Of a stretch of 64,000 nucleotides of DNA, positions 61,001 to 64,000 are shown one piece after another (the first letter of the stretch is position 1; each line of letters begins with the position of its first letter). Below the pieces are notes generated by a model. The model did no database searches, was not told the DNA's origin, and was given only the letters and a program-made list of their open reading frames with translations. The stretch covers positions 18,104,001-18,168,000 of the forward strand of contig NC_047064.1 of the NCBI RefSeq assembly GCF_902459465.1, given 5' to 3'. The DNA comes from Asterias rubens (taxonomy: Eukaryota). A program made the position numbers and the translations under genes.

Positions 61001-63708
61001 ACATCATCCACTGAGAAGTCAGGTACAAATTTCTCCTATATACATATTATATTGAAGCAGAAGAGTCTTAAATAAAAATTATAGGTCAAATTCACTTTGT
61101 TGTAAAGCAAAGGTTTTTGAGCTAAGGGACACTTTTATGAAAACCGCTTGTGGCTGCTGTGGTCTCTAAACGGTTAAGAAAAACATAAACCAACCTAACT
61201 GTTGATTTGATATTCGTTAAAAAAAATTAAATTTTCCAGACATTGTAAAATTGTTAGTTATGTTGAGGCCTGAAAGACATGTCTGTCATTTCCTTTTTAG
61301 ATTGATAGTATATTCATGGGGAGCCGTATGTCAAACCAGTACCTTGGCTGCACCATTTTTGGATTTTCAAGCGGCTCAATCATCGTGGACTACATTGCTC
61401 ACATTGACGATGTCGAACCAACCAATTCCACTGTGGTGGAGTCTGCATTCACAGAGTCTTACATGCAAAGTGCAAACGACGGGAGGCTTAACGTCACTGC
61501 TGATGTTGCAGCTAGCGGAGTCACAGGTAATGAGGCCATGTGTAAAATTGATGGCTTTCAATGGCAATGCTGCAATTCCAGAGCAAAACAGCCTAAAGCC
61601 TTGTTCATAGTTCCTGTGATTGTGAGTCAATATGTTGACGTCACAAATTGACAACGAACAATTCGCAGCAGTTGAGTTGTGCTCAGTTCTCAACAACAGA
61701 GTTGTGACCTCAAGTTCACGTCAAATTCGCTTCGCATTCGCAGTTGCAGGATGTACATGTATGAACCGGGCTTAACTAAAAAATGTTGGTTTCCTAGTTG
61801 TTTTTTTTGGGGGGGGGGGTAAATTGAAGGCGTTTTTTCTATTTCAAAGTTTCAAAGGCAAACTATGTTTGGGTTTGAGTATAATATATCTTGGTCTCTT
61901 TATACACACTTTCATCCGTTTTATTAAAGGCAAAACAGCTTTATCTCTGTACTTTTCTCAAATTGTAACTTTTCAAGTTTTCTCAATTTGCCACACTCCA
62001 TCTCTAGATTTTGATGAGTGTCTATCCACCACGACCAATGATTGCTCGGTCAATGCCAGCTGCATCAACATTGAGGGAGCGTTCACTTGTGAATGCCACT
62101 CTGGACTTGTTGATTTGGCCCCGACAAAACCAGGACGATTCTGCGCAGGTAAGATTTTCTATATTTTGACTCTTTCAAGTAGAGAGATAATAAGTAGGAT
62201 TTGAAACTTTGCATGGCGGAAGTATAACTGAGGTGAATATACCTCTCTCCTTTATGAGCTATGTGGTTCTGAAAAGAACTGGTGGTTAAGGATCGGACCA
62301 TACTGATCAACACACAGGACCAACGGCTTAACGTCCCAAAGACGAAGCAACATTGGTGAAATGTCTTGCTTAAGAACTTGTGTCAAAAAACCCTTCTGTT
62401 AATGATAGTGTACCCAGTTTTTTTTTAAGGTGCATAATGTAGCACAACACACTGGACCTGCTAGAGTACAAAGCAAAAATGTTTCTAAAAGTATCTACTG
62501 CAGGACACCAGCGTCAAGACTGGGACTCAAACCCACATTCCGCTAACTGCGAGTGGAATCAACAGAGAACGACTCGAGTGTGTTTGACCACAACTTTTCA
62601 CTGTTAATAGAACTTAGTGGGTTTTTTTTCTTTGAAGTTCACACCAAGCAAGGCTAAAAGCCACTCTTGGTATGGGGCTACAAGAAGAACAATCAATGAA
62701 GCGTAAAAAAACTTGGGGGAGCTGAAGGTAATAAATTGATATTAGGTAGGAATTGATATTCCTCTTAAAACAATCTAGATTGTAGGATGGAGGGAAGCAT
62801 GCATCAGGCAGGGAGTTCCGATAAGATGTAGTACGTGGAATAAAGCTGTGTGAATGGCGGCTTGTACTACATCTCAGCAGATAAAGAGTGTATGGCTATG
62901 AGAAGAAGCAGAAAGTCTAGTTTTACGCTAACAAACTCTGATAGAACGAACTGTGTTTTATTCTTTGCTCCAGCTCCTCAACCTAAAGTGTGCGACAATC
63001 AAGCTGATATAGACTGCTCACCGTATGCTGCCTGTTACGACACTGACACACGCCCAGAGGGTTATAGCTGCCAGTGCCTCTCTGGCTTCCGTGATCAATC
63101 CCCAAGTATCAGCCTCATGCCGGGTAGAGTCTGTGAAGGTAAAATAGAGCTTGTTATAAAGAAGCATCTTTTTAGCTTTGATTTTGGCCATTGGCTTTCG
63201 CAAGGAAATCACATAGCTTTAATGATAATAGCAACAATAATATTAATAATAATGGACATTTGTAGTGCGCACTATCTGTCAGAAAGACATTCCAGGCGCT
63301 TAGAAATAAATTTTGCTAACGACGGTACTTAAAGCTTTGGCTGAACAAATGAGTTTTCAAGTTGGCTTGAAGCTGAAGAGAGTGCTACTAGTCTGAGGTT
63401 CAGTGGGAGAGCATGCCAAAGAGATGGTCCAGCATTTAATAAGGAACAGTCTCCCCAAGTGTCCTTAGATCGACGGGATATTAAGGAGCATAGTGTTTGT
63501 AGAGCGAAGCTGTCTGGTAGAAACACTTTGCTGCGTTGAATCCTGGATGTATCTTGGAGATGTACCATGTTTAGGAGTAGAACCATTTGGCTCAGAATTT
63601 TCATTCAACTGTCACTTTGTTTCTGTCTTTAGAAATTTGCCCTTCCAGTAACTGTTTCAACGGAGGTTCCTGTGTGAGTGTTTATGAGACTGGAGAAACA
63701 ATATGCAG
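33869..63708 (+). CDS. Giant mosaic extracellular, probably membrane-tethered, mucin-like protein: sushi x9, giant repeat exon with split sushi, EGF-SEA-cbEGF x2, further EGFs; 23 exons, 3'-incomplete
   Basis: All 23 exons have AG/GT boundaries and join in one frame (9520 nt); domain signatures read directly from translation. Confidence 0.88.
36477..36779 (+). mobile_element. tRNA-derived SINE, near full length (related copies at 25676-25860 and 56728-57105; 3' parts at 54205-54365, 56035-56172, and 1530-1700 on the minus strand)
   Basis: A-box TGGTCGAGCGG, B-box GGTTCGGATCC, shared 3' body GGGGTAACCCTG...CACCTTGAAGTGGC, A-rich tail. Confidence 0.85.
38188..38566. mobile_element. Kolobok-like MITE nested in an older related element (about 38050-38770)
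   Basis: Perfect TIRs; TTAA at 38184-87 and 38567-70. Confidence 0.88.
39537..39707 (+). CDS. Sushi/CCP exon 2 (DCSDPGAPTDG...CIDGSWSLPNPTCS)
   Basis: 171 nt, phase 1-1. Confidence 0.95.
40216..40386 (+). CDS. Sushi/CCP exon 3 (DCGDPGTPASG...CEGGSWSRDVPTCL)
   Basis: 171 nt, phase 1-1. Confidence 0.95.
40834..40998 (+). CDS. Sushi/CCP exon 4 (NCVDPGTPGNG...CSDGSWSNSIPTCE)
   Basis: 165 nt, phase 1-1; absent from the ORF track. Confidence 0.95.
41080..41352. mobile_element. 149-bp Harbinger-like MITE inserted in reverse orientation into a copy of itself
   Basis: Inner copy 41141-41289 has AGGCC...GGCCT termini and TAA duplicated at 41138-40 and 41290-92. Confidence 0.8.
41440..41655 (-). mobile_element. 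tRNA-derived SINE of a second family, degenerate (related piece near 62300-62600)
   Basis: Minus-strand head GTTGCCGAGCGGTTAAGAGCACCGAAT; body GGGACGTTAGGCCGTTGGTCCCGTG. Confidence 0.65.
43122..43286 (+). CDS. Sushi/CCP exon 5 (DCVDPGSVVNG...CRSGAFDGVLPVCY)
   Basis: 165 nt, phase 1-1; conserved Trp replaced by Phe. Confidence 0.92.
44147..44311 (+). CDS. Sushi/CCP exon 6 (DCVDPGTPESG...CDAGSWSNGLPTCL)
   Basis: 165 nt, phase 1-1. Confidence 0.95.
44760..45070 (+). mobile_element. Degenerate RTE-clade LINE 3' fragment
   Basis: Interrupted translation KKWRWADH...ARWACETT...DW*TAQDRVKWR resembles the RTE ORF C-terminus. Confidence 0.72.
45190..45354 (+). CDS. Sushi/CCP exon 7 (NCTDPGTPEFG...CANGDWSNSVPVCK)
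   Basis: 165 nt, phase 1-1. Confidence 0.95.
46276..46440 (+). CDS. Sushi/CCP exon 8 (NCVDPGTPAFG...CNNGVWTNDIPTCQ)
   Basis: 165 nt, phase 1-1. Confidence 0.95.
46793..47752 (+). CDS. Thr/Glu-rich mucin-like stalk (105-bp, 35-aa repeats) followed by sushi domain 9
   Basis: 960 nt, phase 1-1; ESTT-rich; ends FCPPLW...FSCKPGF...CYDGEWSGPVPECI. Confidence 0.92.
47101..47400 (+). repeat. Coding 105-bp tandem repeat (ESTTVVVEESTTLETEVEASTETPEQESTT...)
   Basis: GAATCAACTACAGTGGTAGTAGAAGAGTCA at 47116, 47221, 47326. Confidence 0.9.
48173..53152 (+). CDS. Giant 4,980-bp exon: sushi N-half, Trp/Pro/Gly repeat region, GMMPDG array, sushi C-half
   Basis: ttttacag acceptor at 48172, AAG|GTATCT donor at 53152, open frame of 1660 codons, phase 1-1; includes ORF 48286-53160. 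Confidence 0.9.
49027..52140 (+). repeat. Coding tandem repeat, 13 units of at least 219 bp (73 aa) beginning PW[S/R/T]G
   Basis: Unit starts at about 49027, 49264, 49483, 49702, 49921, 50161, 50407, 50629, 50863, 51085, 51319, 51586, 51937; units 2-5 are near-identical with exact 219-bp period. Confidence 0.93.
52651..53010 (+). repeat. Coding 24-bp minisatellite, ~15 x (G)MMPDGGx
   Basis: GGCATGATGCCAGA recurs at 24-bp spacing. Confidence 0.95.
53395..53469 (+). CDS. Short Thr-rich linker exon (VFTTTTTPGYTQPIAELTTIDTPQ)
   Basis: 75 nt, phase 1-1; ELTTID motif shared with the start of the 46793 stalk exon. Confidence 0.85.
53847..53963 (+). CDS. EGF-like exon (PCSSNPCAERANSQC...CPC...SNGQCT)
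   Basis: 117 nt, phase 1-1, six Cys. Confidence 0.93.
54553..54680 (+). CDS. SEA domain 1, N-terminal exon (SKAFSGNLRVT...FSEELADPSTEAFQMLAQGMESI)
   Basis: 128 nt, phases 1-0; F-x-x-E-L-x-D-P-x-S/T-x-x-F SEA motif. Confidence 0.92.
55359..55590 (+). CDS. SEA domain 1, C-terminal exon (GFSNGSIVVDY)
   Basis: 232 nt, phases 0-1; GSIVV autoproteolysis-type motif. Confidence 0.92.
56217..56354 (+). CDS. Calcium-binding EGF exon (DLDECQSASDNNC...CINIDGSFTCRC...PGRVC)
   Basis: 138 nt, phase 1-1; D-x-D-E-C and C-x-N-x-x-G-S-F-x-C. Confidence 0.94.
56421..56700. mobile_element. MITE, TIR GTTTCAGACAGGC
   Basis: Imperfect ~40-bp inverted termini. Confidence 0.7.
57747..58042 (+). CDS. Acidic Thr/Glu stalk exon with (TDVEFV)n repeats
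   Basis: 296 nt, phases 1-0; 18-bp tandem repeat. Confidence 0.85.
58409..58802 (+). CDS. Thr/Glu/Pro-rich stalk exon (VRTTQAEPEVTEE...EVTGQPI)
   Basis: 394 nt, phases 0-1; an in-frame alternative acceptor is possible at 58424. Confidence 0.82.
59472..59591 (+). CDS. EGF-like exon (PCFSDPCAGKANSEC...CSC...SNGQCV)
   Basis: 120 nt, phase 1-1; paralogue of the 53847 exon. Confidence 0.93.
60063..60434. mobile_element. Kolobok-like MITE nested in a CTGGGCCCAATTTCATAGAGCTGCT-type MITE (59872-60478)
   Basis: TTAA at 60059-62 and 60435-38; host TIRs CTGGG(C/G)C(C/A)ATTTCATAGAGCTGCTT on both sides. Confidence 0.82.
60555..60682 (+). CDS. SEA domain 2, N-terminal exon (SSTFKCRLRVT...FTAELADPTSQDF)
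   Basis: 128 nt, phases 1-0; paralogue of the 54553 exon. Confidence 0.92.
61301..61526 (+). CDS. SEA domain 2, C-terminal exon (GFSSGSIIVDY)
   Basis: 226 nt, phases 0-1; paralogue of the 55359 exon. Confidence 0.92.
62008..62148 (+). CDS. Calcium-binding EGF exon (DFDECLSTTTNDC...CINIEGAFTCEC...PGRFCA)
   Basis: 141 nt, phase 1-1. Confidence 0.94.
62765..62935 (-). mobile_element. Degenerate CR1/L2-type LINE 3' fragment
   Basis: Minus-strand remnant PRTTSYRNSLPDACFPPSYNLDCFK resembles the PRT..WNSLP...SYNL..FK terminus. Confidence 0.6.
62974..63138 (+). CDS. EGF-like exon (VCDNQADIDCSPYAAC...YSCQC...PGRVCE)
   Basis: 165 nt, phase 1-1, six Cys. Confidence 0.93.
63225..63590 (-). mobile_element. 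Degenerate L2-type LINE 3' end
   Basis: TWGDCSLLNAGPSLWHALPLNLR resembles GDRAF..AGP.LWN.LP..LR; followed by a GCGCACTACAAATGTCCATTATTATT tail. Confidence 0.72.
63633..63708 (+). CDS. First part of an EGF-like domain (ICPSSNCFNGGSCVSVYETGETIC)
   Basis: 76 nt, phases 1-2; C-x-N-G-G-x-C; remainder lies beyond the window. Confidence 0.85.
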
Positions 63709-64000
63709 GTTTGTCGGTCATTTTATTGTGAAGATTTAAAGTCAAGGGATAGAACAGTTGTGTTTTAAGAGTAAGATCATAGATTGGTTTTTGTCAAAGT
63801 ACACAATGTAGTGCTGATATGCAAAAATTATGGATACACTGTCTACTTGTTGAGAAAACATCAACAACTGTCAGATATTTTCAAATCCAAACGCGTTCTG
63901 AGGTCACAGCAGTGTTGTCACAGTAGCATTTAACACAAACGCAAACCAACCCTCAGAAATCTGAGAAACGATTCATGCATGAATTATTTCTCAGATTCAA

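Overview
AT-rich, intron-rich eukaryotic DNA from a marine invertebrate deuterostome; a sea star or other echinoderm is my inference, not shown directly. I hand-assembled three protein-coding loci using GT/AG sites and reading-frame phase. (1) Minus strand 23-15362: 16 coding exons (586 codons, running off the left edge) of a WDR49/CFAP337 orthologue with an N-terminal EF-hand-like region and WD40 repeats. (2) Minus strand 21374-22219: an intronless, compact class A GPCR lacking several canonical motifs. It lies between a ~620-bp satellite/foldback array and a triplicated 5' flank. (3) Plus strand 33869-63708 and beyond: 23 exons (~9.5 kb CDS, ~3170 aa so far) of a giant extracellular mucin-like mosaic protein. 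Domain order: 8 sushi/CCP, Thr/Glu stalk plus sushi, a 4,980-bp exon, EGF-SEA-cbEGF, Thr/Glu stalk, EGF-SEA-cbEGF-EGF-EGF. The most striking feature is the 4,980-bp phase 1-1 exon. It starts with the first half of a sushi domain and ends with the second half. Between them lie ~1,600 residues made of a ~73-aa Trp/Pro/Gly repeat I cannot assign to a known family (13 clear copies) and a Met-rich GMMPDG octapeptide array. Introns carry many MITEs (TTAA-target Kolobok-like, TAA-target Harbinger-like, several nested), tRNA-derived SINEs, a 77-bp tRNA-like tandem array and LINE 3' fragments. No database searches were run; family assignments rest on motif recognition.
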